From Rhizophagus irregularis (Eukaryota), in assembly GCF_026210795.1 (NCBI RefSeq), contig NC_089429.1:4216001-4280000 (forward strand): DNA of 64,000 bases, in the 5' to 3' direction. The notes under the pieces are model-generated. The model searched no databases and was not told where the DNA came from. It saw nothing but the letters and a program-made list of their open reading frames with translations. Within the stretch, counting starts at the first letter, position 1, and every line of letters begins with the position of its first letter. Below are positions 12,722-27,790 of the stretch, piece after piece. The position numbers and the translations under genes were made by a program.

Positions 12722-13119
12722 TAGTACTTTGATCTGGTTGATCTATTGATTAGCATCACAACATTTTTCTATTATTTTTGTCAAACTATAATTTTTGTCA
12801 GATTTAAAAAAATTATTCTTCTACAAATTTTATTAATTTTGGCCAAACTTATAGTTTCAACTATACATGCCACCCAAATTATTTTGGGCTGCCGTAATTA
12901 TAAGTAAAATCCCAAATTCAATTATGACATCCCAAATTATTTTAGCATTTTACATAGTAAATTATATATAAATTGAATGAATTACGACATCCCAAATTAT
13001 AATTATGGCATTCCAAAATAATTTGGGCAGCATGTATAGTTTCAACTCAAATAAACTGATGCCAAACTGTAGTAAACTACAGATTGATCTGTTAAAAACC
13101 CATCCAAATCAAAGTACTA
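12722..13119. mobile_element. hAT-type MITE
   Basis: TIR TAGTACTTTGATCTGG / CCAAATCAAAGTACTA; 8-bp TSD CTTTATGC (12714-12721, 13120-13127). Confidence 0.85.
12864..13036. mobile_element. Small TA-flanked MITE nested in the hAT MITE
   Basis: Inverted ends TACATGCCACCCAAATTATTTTGG / CCAAAATAATTTGGGCAGCATGTA flanked by TA; internal CCCAAATT repeats. Confidence 0.7.
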
Positions 13120-14751
13120 CTTTATGCAATGCACTTTAGAAAGTAATGATGAAAATTATAAGGAGATGATGCAATGAGATTAGTGAATCGTTGGAAATCA
13201 TGGGAGCAACCTTTACTTATCTTATCTTTCTTTTTTACATCCATTCTATAAATTATGATTTTTTACACCTAATGAAAAAATTTTTCACATTAATCTTAAT
13301 AAGTGAGCCCAATACTATTTCTTTAAATGATTTGGTAAAAACCAATTTCTATGATATAAGAATTATTAGCATATAAAGAAAATAAATTTCCATTTAATGA
13401 ATCTTCTTTACAAGAACTAGAAAAAATCCTTTAGATTATTGGTCATTTCTAAGTGATTCAGTGCCAGAATTATTACAATTAGCAACTAAATTATTTAGTA
13501 TATATGTAAATTCTGCTTCATGTGAGTGGCTATTTTCAACTATGGGATTTTTGCATACTAAAAGACGAAATAGATTGAATGCAAGTATTCTTTTTTTAAA
13601 TATTAGCAATATATTTTATATTTTATCGTCAGTTCATCACTAATTCTATTTTAATATTTAGTATTCTAAGGTTCTATGGATGGCACAAATTAGAGGTGAA
13701 CTTAAGAGACAAAAATTTATGAAAAATATTTCTATTGAAAATGAGCAAGCTAAAAATGACAGAATAGCTGTACGATGAAGTAGATTGGATATGGATAATG
13801 AAGAAGTATTTTATGATGAAAGTGATAAAGAAAATGATGAAAATGATGAGAATAATGAATGTGATGAATTTATAAGATCATGGTTAGAAATATTAGTAGA
13901 AGATACTAATAATGGAATTAATAATATTTCAGGTAATCAAATAGATGAAGATTCTTCCGAATTCAATGCATTACTTGAAAATCAAATTCATCCTGCAGAT
14001 AATGACGATGCAAAATGGGATTTAACAACTTTATTCAAATTTGGGTTAGAAGTACCTGGCTTTTTTTATGTGCTTCCTTAATTACATTAATTACATGTTA
14101 AAATCCAAATGTATATAAATAATATCAAATTATCAATAAAATAAATAAATTTCTTTTATAAAATTTTTAGTAATTCCAGTATTCCAAAATAAATTTTTGT
14201 ATTCCATTATTCCAAACTAAGTTCCAATATTCCAGTTTTCCATTGGAATTTTAGTAAATGCATTGAAATACTGGAATACAAAGACTGGAACACATGTTTC
14301 CGGTTCCAATATTCCAGTAAATGCCAACCCTGCGTGCACGTAGCTTAGCATATCGGTTAAATAGTATTTTGGCTTTAGGCCCTGTTCAAAGCTAGCCTTG
14401 GTGAAAGGTTGTGACACACTATACGAACTCGCACAGTTGTTATTCAATCGTGGCTGAGATTCGTTAGGTGTAATTACAAATCCTTTTATTATTGGAGTTT
14501 ATTGTTGAAATTTAACGTAGTTATTAGAACTTAAGATTATTTAATTAGCAATTTAATAGCCCCAATAACTCAATCTCAATAAACTAACATTTTTCAGAAG
14601 AGAGCGCACATCATCATTATAACACATAAATGTTGTTATAATTTTTAATTTTTTATTGATTATTATAAATTTCCTATTTTAAAGACTACTTAACATCAAA
14701 TCTAAACATAATACAATCTATTAATTATTAAATTAAAGATACAATTATAAA

Positions 14752-15727
14752 TTATAATTTTGCGGGTATTTTATTTTTTACATTAAGATCTTTTATAAAT
14801 TCATCATCAAATAACCTTTCAGCTAAATAAGTTCCTTCGACAAATTTCATTCCTTTTTGTCTTCTATCCTCTCTTTCTTCCTTTTTTTTTTCACTATCAT
14901 TCTTTAAATACCCACTACCTATAAATAATTCTTCGGGTCTGATCGTTTTACCGTTAGGTTCTTTAAATATACATTTTGATAATCCTAATGAAACAATTTT
15001 ATTCTCTTTATGAAGTCTAAAATAACTTACTAATATGAGCCATTTTTGATCCCATGTTAAAATTCTTGTATATACTGAGTAATTTGAAAATGGTGGAATT
15101 TCATGATTGAAAATCATTAAGACAGCTAGAGAAAAAAAAATGTGAAGAATTTTGAATGAATAAAAATAAATTAATGCTTTTACAAATATTAAAAAAAAAA
15201 ATTCCCACATTTTTGCATTATAACTACTTTATGATTCCACATATAGTTTGCAAATGATGCTGCAAAGAAATGTCCTCTTGCATGATCTAACACTTTGTTA
15301 TACGAACTAAAAAATAAAAAAATTTCAATTATGACGTAAAATCTCATATAAATATAATATAGCATATATAAATTACCTATTGTTCATATGCCTATTTGTA
15401 TCTAACTATTTTTGTAAAAAAAATAAAAATAAAAATAAAAATAAATAATACATAAAATAGCTTATTGTTTGTCTTTTCCCTAGTTTATACAATTATATAT
15501 ATGTATATTTCTCACAAGAAAAAACTTACATCATCAAATAAAACACTATATGTGCTTTCTGTAGCTTGAAATAAATCCCTATCTTCATTATTATTATTCC
15601 GATTTTTAAAAGTTTCTAAAATTAATGGAACGGTTCTGATATGATATGCTAACGGAAATGATTTTATATTCAGAAGGATTAATATAAAGAAAAAAGATTT
15701 TATTATTATTGGAACATTTGAGGCCAT
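14752..15727 (-). CDS. Hotdog-fold thioesterase-like protein (4HBT/THEM6-like) with N-terminal hydrophobic segment
   Basis: Exons 15727-15530, 15405-15377, 15306-15209 and 15125-14752 splice in frame to give ...FDDLDTNRHMNNSSYNKVLDHARG..., the D-x-D-x-N-x-H-M-N-N-x-x-Y motif. Confidence 0.8.
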
Positions 15728-17054
15728 CTTGATCCTTCTTTTTTTTTTATTATTCTCTTTCTTATTTATTTCTTGGTCAATTTATTTTTTTTTGTTTTTT
15801 AGAAAACAATTTTAAAGAGAAAACGTCAAGTAAATTTTTTAGTGAAGATAGCCTTTTATGCATGTCGGTTATCGGTTGGTAAATTTCCCGAATAATTAAA
15901 TCTATGAAGATCCTATTTAGGTCCAAATTACACAAACTTACCCGACATAGGTAATACATTTTTAATGAGATCCTACCGTACAGCATGAATGGGTAAATCA
16001 AATTTGGTTGGTTGATCTCGGGCTCTAATCTCGGGCCCGAGACAAATGATTCCCAATATAACAAGCTGCCTTTTTATTTTTAATTTTACTTCACAGAGAA
16101 ATACATTATCAGTAAGAACCACAGAAAATTAACATATTTGATACTGTAAAAAAGCCACCTGATGGGACTATCGTAGCTAAAAACCGCACTACTCGTATCG
16201 ATAAGGCACGCACCAGAGCTACCTTTAGTTATTCGGGAAGTGATTTATCCGGTATCATGTGATTTGAATATTGCCTGAATATATATATGTATATAATATG
16301 CCTGATACACGATTTATTATCGTAATTAGATAAGTAACATATAAAGACGTATGGACGTAATTTAAAAATGAGTTAAGTTTGCACCTCTAGTTGTTACATA
16401 CTAAACCCGCATGCACATGAGAAAGCGGGTCACGTGTAATGATAACATTACTATGTATGCAATGAGCCTTCAAAACGTAATCATTTTTAATTATAAAATA
16501 CCGGATAAACGAGAACGATTACATAATATTTTTATTAAAAGAAATTGGGCGTTCTTTTTTTTAAAAAATCTGCACTGCATTTCTTTAATAAACATATACC
16601 AAGGGTACTTATATTAATGTCGGAAATACCTAGACTCCTAGAGGCATGTAAAAAGCAACCTGGTTAAACCAGAAATGTACCTAATCGTGCAAATTTTCAA
16701 ATACAATAAATAATCCCATGAACCTAACTGTCACCATACTCGAATAAAGATGTAGTAAAAAATAATCGAAAATATATATGAAAAAAAAACACTAAAAACA
16801 AAACTACTCGAACCTAACAGATTAAAATCTAAACTATAACTGATCGTAAAATTACAGGTAATCTCCGTTAAACGGAAAATGGGTGTTCTAATCGGACCGT
16901 CAATTAGAACAGATTTAGAACAATATCGGTAAAAGTTTTATATTGATATTAATCTGAAGTGATTTCCAAAGATGATTATTTAATTCAATTTACAAGAATT
17001 CTTATTTAAATGAGATTATTTTATAATTACACCAAAATATTATTACTACTAATA

Positions 17055-20000
17055 TCATTCACCTAAAATTATATTACTAGTATCGTTCTCCCTCCTTTTT
17101 TCACCCTTCTTTTTCCTTAATATTCCGGTACTCCAAGTTCTCTTATTTAAATCTTTATTCCCCCATCTCCATCTAATATATTTCTTATATTCGGGATGTA
17201 TTATAACATCATCTTCACATTTACCAAATAATGGTACTCCCTTTCTAAGTCTACCATAAGTTTCAACGAGAACCAAAAATAATGAAAGCAAAGATGTTAT
17301 AACAACCAAATTTAATGAATTAACTTTACTTAATGGTAACAATAAACAAATTGTTCCAATTATGAACCTCAAGATAATTCGATAAGACTAAAGAAAAAAA
17401 AAACAATCGTGAATTTTTTTTGAAAAGAGGTAATTGATCAAAAAATATTAAATTTCGTGAAAGGTTTACCTTTGGAATTCTTAGATAATTATCTTCGTCT
17501 AATCCTTTATGTAATACTCCAATTATGCCCATACAATATAACGAAATTGCTAATGTAACACTATATAACCAAAATAATGGAGCATTATGAGGATCATATG
17601 AATCATTATGTGAATCAACTTCTGTTGGAGTACTTTCGGAAGGAGAGCTACTTTCAGCTACTAATGCATGAGAACCGACTTCATTTGTTGGAATGTTATG
17701 AGCACCAGGAAAATCACGAAGTTGTACAATTTTTCCTAATGACGCTCTATAAAAAAAACTTTTTTAATTTTTTTTGATATTAAAAATTCAAAATTCGATA
17801 TTTAATAAAAGAAATGTACCCAAATGCAATTAACGCCATATTCTACAATAAAAATATATTTCGTTAATATAAATAATTTTATTCATTTGTTTTTTTTTTA
17901 GTAATTTTTAAGATAAACTTACCAATGGAAAATGAATTACCCCAAATAAAAGACCGGTAACTATATGTCTTCTTAAAGCATGTTGAAATTGTTTACTACC
18001 GTCCACAATAAAATATATCCAATGTAGATTGTAAGCAATCAGTAATCCTAATATAGCCTATTAAATATTTTTAACCGATATATTATTAATTTATTTTGAT
18101 TAAAAAAAAACAATATTTATTCTGACCTTCCCAAGTTGACCATCGGGTCGTGGATTAAAACTGGTATATAAAACTCCAAGAACCTATCACCATAAATAAG
18201 TTTTTCTTAATAATCATTTTTAGAAAAACGCGTTAAAGACGTATTCATTTATCATATTTACTTACACCCTCTCCCAAAGCTATAATAGCGAATAATCCTA
18301 ATCTTTCACTATAATGTTCAATATTCATTGCGGGTCTATACTCTGACAACTCAAATATTGAGAATAAGTGTTTCCATTTCCATTGATATTCTGTACCACG
18401 AGTTCTCATTGCTTTATGTGGATGTGGTGAACGACTTGTGGTTGTCGAAGTTCGAGAAAATGGCGAAACTGGAGAAACTGGAGAAGTTGGAGAAGAAGGA
18501 TCATTTACAGGTGCTTTATTCTCACGTGTCGTATCAACAACTACTTCTTCTTTTGCATCTATTTTATGAAAAAGTCGTCTTCCAAATCGAACATATAATG
18601 GCATTAATCCAGACCATAAATTCTCTATTTACGATAAATAATTCGGTAATTGTAAAAAAAAAGAAATCACGCTTTTTTCCAAAAATATATATATATATAT
18701 ATTTAATTACCAAATGCGATTGCAGTCCACATTGCTATATTAGCCTTATTGCGTGGAACAAATATTGCTACAATCCAAATTATGCATGGAATGAAAACTC
18801 CCCATGCAGTATTCATAAATGATGTGCGAAATAATGGAATCCATGCCGCATGTAATATATGCAAAATCATGAATGTCAAGCGTGCAATAACGTATGACAC
18901 TAATTAAAATTTTTTTTTAAATATTAAAAAAAAAAAAGAAAAAGAAATATAATTTAAAAATATTAATTTTCGTATTTACCGAGATAAATCGTTACAGTAT
19001 TATCGAATATATCGAGTGCGTGTGTACCCATTATAATTACAAGCATCATCTCCTATATCAGTATATCAATCTTAATATAGAAACTTTTATAACATTTTAT
19101 AAAACAAATAAATAACTTTGGACTTACAAATAACAAGAAAAATTTCTCAAATAAGTCTTCTGTACTGTAAAAATTCATATAAACGGTCATATCCAGCCAT
19201 ATTTTATAAATAGGATAACTAGATGGAAATATTTCTTTAGTTTGCTGCGCCACATGAACATTTTCTTTGCGGAATCCGATAATTATAATACTCACAAAGT
19301 TAAAATAAATCTTTCAATGTTAGTACCAGAAATATCTTCAACTAAATCATGACCTAAATTTCCGATAACAGCTACAAATATCAAATCCCAAAATAATTCC
19401 GTAAAACTAACTCTTCTTTCTTCGGCTTCTCTATGTAAGTTTTTATTATGCCAATACTGTCTTATTTTAGGTTGTCTCATTATTCTATCATATTTATGTT
19501 CATCTTCGGATGAATCATCATCATCTTCTATTATTTCAAGATTATGCAATGGACCAAATGTATGTATTGTAGCATGAATTGTATGTTCTCCATTTTTTGA
19601 GTTGCTATTATGATGGCCTAGTCGTGATAATTCTCCTGCAAGTGTATCAAGTTGGTTTGATACAGAATCGGAACGTGCCAAAGCTTCTTCACGTTCTCGT
19701 TCTAATTGCTCAGAATGAGATTTCAATTCATTGATTTTTGCTTTCAATGCTGCTACCTATTAATACGAATGTATTGTACAGTGAATTAATTTGACGAATC
19801 ATGTAACATCCACCAACTTTAACTTACATGCTCGGGGCTTCCGAGTACACAACAATTAGGGGCTTCTCCACTTATTACATCCTCTTCTTTATCAACAATC
19901 AACAATTTTGTATTTCCGATTTGTAATTTCTTTGAAAATTCTGTTGATGGAACATTCTGATCTTCCTGTGTAACTACTATTTCTAAATCTCTATTTGACG

Positions 20001-20121
20001 TATTTGGAATTGTTTCCTTAATTTGATCGGTTTCCTTAGTTTGATCTCCATTTGAAATTGAGTTATCTATTTCATTTAATTCATTATTTTCATTATTGTT
20101 AATAATATTTTGGTCTGTCAT
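17055..20121 (-). CDS. LtrA (low temperature requirement A) family membrane protein, copy 1, multi-exon
   Basis: ERRVSFTELFWDLIFVAVI and EHYSERLGLFAIIALGE motifs, many transmembrane stretches, about 10 GT-AG introns; ATG at 20121, stop at 17055. Confidence 0.8.
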
Positions 20122-20728
20122 ATTTTTCAATAGACAAATTTCTCAAAGTTCTTTTTTAGGTTTATATATATAATTAATTTGAAGGCGTTTTGGTTCAACG
20201 TTACTCAACAATTTACAGTTTAGTGATAAGCAACATTTATTTCTCGATTTATAATGATTTATTTATTTCGCAGTAAAAAAACGAATTCAATCTAGTTTGT
20301 GCTTAATAATGGTATGATGTGCAACCCTAGATCATTATTAAGCATTAAGAAAATTGATCATGTGATTTCACAACGACTTACAAATTAATCGACGGGCTTC
20401 CTTTAAACTTGGACTACTTGTCCTGGACCTAGTCGAAAATTTTAATTGGGAAGCCGGTGTGTTTGATTTTTTGTATTATATATTTTCTTTCCTGTTTCTT
20501 AAGAACGTACATAAATCATCATTATTATCTCATTTATTTTTTTCTTTAAATAGAATTTTAGAATTTTAGAATTTTAGAATTATTAAATTATTATTATTGG
20601 ATTTGGTTAAGATACTGTATAATATTAGAACTGCTATTGTATATAAATATTTTTATTATATTTGTGATATCTGTGAGGATGAAAAATGATAATACTTCAT
20701 ATACAGATGTACTTTTTGACTTTGTTAA

Positions 20729-20917
20729 TGTTATGGAAAAAGTTCGGGTTGAGCGATTGAGTCGGTTCGTTCCATTCGGTTTGTACATCGGTTCTATATC
20801 GGGTTTGATAAATTTTGATAAGTACTGACTCGAATCTGGACTGAAGTGATAAAAACCGATTATGGAGCCGAACCGGTTTTTCGGGTTGACTCTGCTCAAC
20901 TCGAGTTTTCAATAGTA
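20729..20917. mobile_element. Degenerate MITE
   Basis: Imperfect inverted ends (GAAAAAGTTCGGGTTGAGC / GCTCAACTCGAGTTTTC) around a GC-richer CGGTT/AACCG core; no clear TSD. Confidence 0.4.
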
Positions 20918-22167
20918 TCGGTGCGAGTCATCACCGTCCCTCAGTAAAAATAAAACCAACATCTACAGGCTTTAATAAATATTGTGCCTTTTAAACAATT
21001 ACATTTTTAAAGTAAATATTGTTAATCACTGGATCGGCTTCTAACGTTTCACAGTCAGTTGGCAATAAATACAAACACTAAGCTTATTTACGGTATAGTA
21101 ATAAATCATACCATATATGCCTAGGGAAAACATGTTTATTATTGTAAAAAGGAGTACATTGTACGCGTATCAGATGTGCGTTTTTTTATAAGATTGGTAA
21201 GCACTAAAATTATTAAAACTTAATTATATATCATAAAATACACAGAAAAATAGAATAAGCAAAAAAGGTTGCACATTTGTTATGGTAAATAAGGAGTTGA
21301 CATTGTGTAATCATCAAATTTCGCGATATGCCGATTTTAAAAAGATTCGCGAATATGTTTTCTAGCACAAAACAATTTTATCCAATTAAATTCACTGAAG
21401 ATAAGAATCTGAACCGCCGGTGATCCACTGATACAGGATAAGGATGCTCTCACTCATCGATTTTTAAAATAAAACCTTCGTTTAAAGTTTTCTTTCACCC
21501 ATTCAGAGCACTTCCTGAAAATAATGCCAAAAAAAAAGATAATCACCGCGCACAAATATCAAATGTAATACATAGGAAATGTGGTATTGAAAAAAAAAAA
21601 TTTTTTTCTTTAATATTATAGTATGTATAGGTAGTACTGATCAGAATGGCACTTGCAATGATCATTGGCTAAACTGCGCACTGATCATTTGGTCTCGACT
21701 ATGATTCCGCATATACAATCATTTGGTAAAAACTAACGCTACGAAAAACTGGATTAATGGACTTTCTCTTCGTCTTTTCGTAAAATTAAAAATTTTGGTG
21801 AAATCTCACCGGCATGGAGAACTTCACATGTTAAAAGCCAAGTAACACGGAAAAGTATGTAAATATTTTTTTAGTGGCGTAAGTCGTACTGTCGTAGAAA
21901 AAAAAATCAGCATTTAAATAAACTGAGATATGTTCCAAATCGGATCTAGTCAGGTTTGGATTGAAATTAGCCTAGGAATATATGCATACCTTTATATAAC
22001 GATATAACGATTAATCCGTAACGGAATAATATTAACCACTTTATTATTAAAAGAAAAATAAACATATTATATATACATTTTTTTTTCTATTAACTAAACA
22101 TTAGGCAATTTTAGTCCAAGTTTTTTTTTTCATTATAATTTTTTTATACTTCACATTAAATTTATGA

Positions 22168-25167
22168 TTAACTCTCAAATATTAATTTATCATCCATCCC
22201 AATTTCTTTTTTGTTCTTTCTTTTTCTCAAAATTCCAGTACTCCAAGTTCCCTTATTTAAATCTTTATTCCCCCATCTCCATTTAATATATTTCTTATAT
22301 TCGGGATGTATTATAACATCATCTTCACATTTACCAAATAATGGTAATCCCTTTCTAAGTCTACCATAAGTTTCAACGATAATCAAAAATATTGAAAGCA
22401 TTGATGTTATAACAACCAAATTTAATGAATTAACTTTACTTAATGGTAACAATAAACAAATTGTTCCAATTATGAACCTCAAGATAATTCGATAAGACTA
22501 AATAAAAAAAAAACGATCGTGAATTTTTTTTTAAGAAAAAAAGGTAATTGATCAAAAAAATATCAATTTTGATGAAAAGTTTACCTTTGGAATTCTTAGA
22601 TAATTATCTTCGTCTAATCCTTTATGTAATACTCCAACTATGCCCATACAATATAACGAAATTGCTAATGTAGCACTATATAACCAAAATAATGGAGCAT
22701 TATGAGGATCATATGAATCATTATGTGAATCAACTTCTGTTGGAGTACTTTCGGAAGGAGAGTTACTTTCAGCTACTAATGCATGAGAACCGACTTCATT
22801 TGTTGGAATGCTATGAGCACCAGGAAAATCACGAAGTTGTACAATTTTTCCTAATGACGCTCTATAAAAAAAAACCTTTTAATTTTTTGATATTAAAAAT
22901 TTAAATTCGAAATTTAATAAAAGAAATGTACCCAAATGCAACCAACGCCATGTTCTAATAATAAAATAAAATTTGTTTTGTTAATAAAAATATTTTTTAC
23001 TTATTTTTTAAGTAAATCAAAAATAAATAAAAAAATAAAAAAATAAATTACCAAAGGAAAATGAGTCATTCCAAATAAAAGACCGGTAATAACATGTCTT
23101 CTTAAAGCATGTTGGAATTGTTTACTACCATCCACAATAAAATATATCCAATGTAGGTTATAAGTAATTAGCAATCCTAATATAGCCTATTAAACATTTT
23201 AAACCGATATTAATTATAAAAAATTCGAATCAAAATTTTTCAATAAACTTCAATTGTATTTTATTTCTGACCTTTCCAAGTTGACCATCAGGTTGTGGAT
23301 TATAACTGGTATATAAAACTCCAAGAACCTATTATAATAAATTAATTTACACAATTTATAAGCTCCGAAATAAATTATTCGCGTTATAATAATTAAGACT
23401 TATTCATTACTTACGCCTTCACCCAAAGCTATAATTGCGAATAATCCTAATCTTTCACTATAATGTTCAATATTTAAAGCAGGTCTATATTGATTTGTAT
23501 CAAATATTATGAATAAATCTTTCCATTTCCATTGATATTCTGTACCGCGAGTTCTCATTGCTTTATGTGGTGCACGACTTGTAATTGTTGAAGATGGCGA
23601 GATAGGCGAGGTAGGTGATGATGAAGTAGTTGGAGAAGTAGGTGAAGAAGGATCATTTGCAGGTGTATTCTCACGTGTTGTATCAACAACAATTTCATCT
23701 TGAGTTTTTGTTTTTCTTCCAAATCGAAGATATAATGGCATTATTTTAGTCCATAACATTTCTATTTTTAAAGAAATAAATGAGTATTTCATGAAATTTT
23801 CAAAGAAAAAAGAATCATAAAAAAAAAATATTCAATTACCAATCGCAATCGCGATCCACATTGCTATATTAACCCAATTACTTGGAACAAATATTGCTAC
23901 AATCCAAATTACACATGGAATAAAAACTCCCCACGCAATATTCATAAATGATGCGCGAAATAATGGAATCCATGTTGCATGTAATATATGTAAAAATACA
24001 AATACCATGCGCGCAATAATGAACGACACTTAAATGGTTTTAAAGAAATAAATATTAAAAAAATAGAGATACCATTTTAAATACAATTATAGTATAAATT
24101 TTCGTAATTACCGAGATAAATTGATACATTTTCATGGAATATATCCGTTGCATGTGTGCCCATTATAATTACAAGTATCATCTCCTATTCATTATTATGT
24201 AGTTTTTCTTTGTTTAACATTTAAAACATTTTTTAAAAGATATCGTAAAACAAATAACTTACAAATAAAAAGAAAAACTTCTCAAATATATCGTCTGAAC
24301 TATACCGATTCATGTACATAGCCATATCCAACCATATTTTGTAAATAGGATAACTAAAAAAAAAGGTTAATTTCTTTAGTTTAATGCTCTCCGTCACGTA
24401 AAACATTTTATATTATAATACTTACAAAGTTAAAATAAATCTTTCAATGTTAGTACCAGAAATATCTTCAACTAAATCATGACCTAAATTTCCGATAACA
24501 GCTACAAATATTAAATCCCAAAATAATTCCGTAAAACTGACTCTTCTTTCTTCGGCTTCTCTATGTAAGTTTCCATTATGCCAATACTGTCTTATTTTAG
24601 GTTGTCTCATTATTCTATCGTATTTATGTTCATCTTCGGATGAATCGTCGTCTTCTATTATTTCAAGATTTTGTTGTAATGGACCAAATGTATGTATTGT
24701 AGCATGAATTGTTTGTTCTCCATTTTTTGAAGTGTCATGATGACCTAATTGTGATAATTCTCCAACAAGTTTATCAAGTTGATTTGATACGGATTCTGAA
24801 CGTGCTAAAGCTTCTTTACGTTCTCGTTCCAATTGCTCAGAATGTGATTTCAATTCATCAATTTTTGCTTTCAATGCCGCTACCTATCAATAAAATAAAG
24901 AATTAACATTTTGAACATCATCCAATCGATATTTTAATTCAATTTACCAACATGTTCAGGGCTACCAAGTACGCAACAATTAGGAGCATTTCCACTTATT
25001 ATATTTTCTTCTTTATCGACAATCAACAATTTTGTACCTCCAATTTGAAATTTCTTTGAATATTCAAATGGAACATCCGGAATTTCCTGTGCAACCACTA
25101 CTTCTACATCGTTACTTTTGGGAATGTTTGAATTTCCCGATTCATTATTATTATCTTGTACTGTCAT
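22168..25167 (-). CDS. LtrA family membrane protein, copy 2 (tandem paralog)
   Basis: Same motifs and exon structure as 17055-20121. Confidence 0.8.
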
Positions 25168-25495
25168 AATGACAAAAAATTATTTTTTGATTATTTAGAA
25201 GCAATACGTACATATATATACGTATATTTAGTGTAATGGCGTTCTTGTTCAACCTTACTCAAATAACTTTAATTCAACGATGAACAACATTTATTTCTCG
25301 ATTTAGGTAATAAAAAAAAAATATATAAAACTTATTATAAATCCTATCGTACAAAAAAATTAATAAACAAATAACAGGATTTGTCATGTAAAATTTTATT
25401 AACCGAAAAAGTATAAAATGATTTTCGTTTCTTCGCGAAACGTGAATTTTTAATTTACAAAAAAATATGTCACCCATAGAAATATTATACAATCA

Positions 25496-26972
25496 TCATA
25501 TAAGTGACCATACAGTTGAAATATTCTTAATTTTAGTATTCCCAGAATTTATCAATTTCTCCCTAGCATTTTTAATACGTCTTGTGAATCTACTTTGTAT
25601 TCTTGCACAACCTCTAGGTCCAGACACGAACCAATCAGCATTAATTAAGACCAACTTATCCAAAATTCCTTGTACTCCACTTCCTTCTAATTCCCACTTA
25701 ATTTTTTCATCATAATCATTCTTTAAATCGTCCAAAGCATTTAAAGATATCCAAGTATTTAATTTAATAGTACTATTAAGTGTACGAATAGCTTGGTGAT
25801 GTTCTTCTCTAATATTATAAAAACTAGCAGATTGAGCTTTATCATAATTACCATGTAAAGGATAATCAGTAGCAAAATAAATATTATCTATTTTATGTTC
25901 TAAAGTAAAATTTTTTATCCAAGAAACCAAACTTGTTGAACATTTTGATAATAATTTAATATTACTATTTTCAATCCTCCAATGAATTGCCAAATAATTA
26001 TCAAGTTTTTTCATAATATTATTTTGAATATTAATTAAATTTTTTGAATAAGGTATAACAGGAAAATTTAATTAAAAGCATAGGTAAATTATGTTTAATT
26101 AATAATACTTTAGAATTAGTTTGTAATTCTTTTAACATAAAATTTTCAATTTTTGTATAATTTTCTGTAGGTGGATATAAAACATTTACACCTAAATAAA
26201 TTCTTTTAAATGTTATATTAGAATTTAATTTTAAATTAAACATTCACTATTATTTAAATAATTAATTTTAGGTTCTTCATTTTCAACAAAAAATGGTTTT
26301 CCTCTTGGTGCAATATGAGCATGAAATGTATCAGGTTTTTCTTCTAATTCTTTCGTCCATTTCATAAAATCTTGTTGAGTTATAAATTGTACTGTAGGAA
26401 AGATTTGTTGTAATCCATCTATATCATAATAAAATGAAAATGGGAATGGTCGACATACATGCATTCTTGATCCGCCAACATTTGGCAAGACTACCGTACG
26501 ATTTAAACGTTGGGCAATTTGTATGGATGATTCAAAATGCATATTCGCTTGAGTTTCTTGTTCTAATAAATGATAAGCCAAAAGGAATTTACATTCGTCT
26601 TTACCGCAATATTTTCGATTAATTAGACCATCACGTGATTCTTGAACAATTTTCGTGTCCTAATCAAAAAACCCTCAAATTTAAGTAACACTTTTTCAAA
26701 TGACTCTAATGAGACTCTAATGACTCTATCTAAAGAACTTTAATACTCACGTTATCATTTGATAAAATTGGTGTGGGAATGTTGCTGGGAGAAGTTTCAT
26801 TTTCTAATTTTAATTCACCAAATAAATTTTTTTGTCCATAAAATAAAATAAATAATAAATTCGATAATCCTAATATAAAGAATACTATGATTATAAATTT
26901 CTTCGTAAAAAAGTATGATGATGTGAACGAGATTTGATTTTGAGTAATCTTTATATTATTATTATCTACCAT
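25496..26972 (-). pseudogene. GDP-fucose protein O-fucosyltransferase-like type II membrane glycosyltransferase, with two apparent frameshifts
   Basis: N-terminal TM; intron 26750-26660; motifs EQE..AN.HF...A..LNRTVVLP, YLAIHWR.E, YFATD, LDKLVLINADWFVSGP. Frame breaks near 26240 and 26070. Confidence 0.7.
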
Positions 26973-27790
26973 ATTTTTTTTTTTACATATACAGTATGTA
27001 CGTGTGAGTACGTATAATGTATACGTGAAAAAAAAATGATCCTAAAGAGGTTAAAGAGGGTATAAAAGAAACAAAAACTTTTAAAAAAAAATTCTTTTTT
27101 TTTTCAAAAAAAAAAACAAAAACAAAAACAAAGTAATTAAATAAATAAGATTAACGAATTCGTGTTTATATATATTTAGGCATTCTTTATTGTAAAATAT
27201 ATTTAGATAATAACTTTATCCAATTATAGTCATTGTCCATCTTTGATGATGAAGAATAATAATTATAGTTACAAATTCCTTTGAAACGGAAAGAATAAAT
27301 AGAAGCATTTTATTATAATACATTTTAACTAAATTATTTTAGGTTTAACGTGTAGTGCCCCTAGACGATGATCGGCCTAAATTACTGGCCCATTTTTATT
27401 AATGTCTTAAGGGCGGTACCAGCACTTGTACCAACTATACTTTCTTTATATAGTAATTAATTATGATCCCCGGGCATAACAAATAAAGTATATGATTTCA
27501 TTGTATAACGGATGGTTACATATAAACTCCTTATCGTTTCGAAATTGCATTATAAAAGATAATTCACATGATTTGATTTTGTCATCGAAATTTCGTTGGT
27601 GTAATAATAAAAATAAAAAAAACATTCGCTCATGTGATATAAATAATTAAATTGTGTGACAAATGAGATCTCACGGGATGATAACGAGTGATGTATTGTT
27701 AATCATGTAATTTATTGCTAAAAAAAAAACCATACAAATATTTATTTATATAACATCCTACAAATTTACCCAACAATTTAGTCATAATAT

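Larger units (their letters stand above)
12570..14332 (+). mobile_element. hAT transposon remnant (3' part)
   Basis: hAT dimerisation motif PELLQLATKLFSIYVNSASCEWLFS..G..H.KRRNRL (13461-13580), acidic tail, ATTCCA subterminal repeats, and terminus ATGCCAACCCTG at 14332 (rc CAGGGTTGGCAT). Left end not found. Confidence 0.7.

Noticed and set aside
17577..17777. Duplicated plus-strand ORF MEHYEDH... (also 22692-22904)
   Set aside because: It is the antisense shadow of a conserved LtrA exon.
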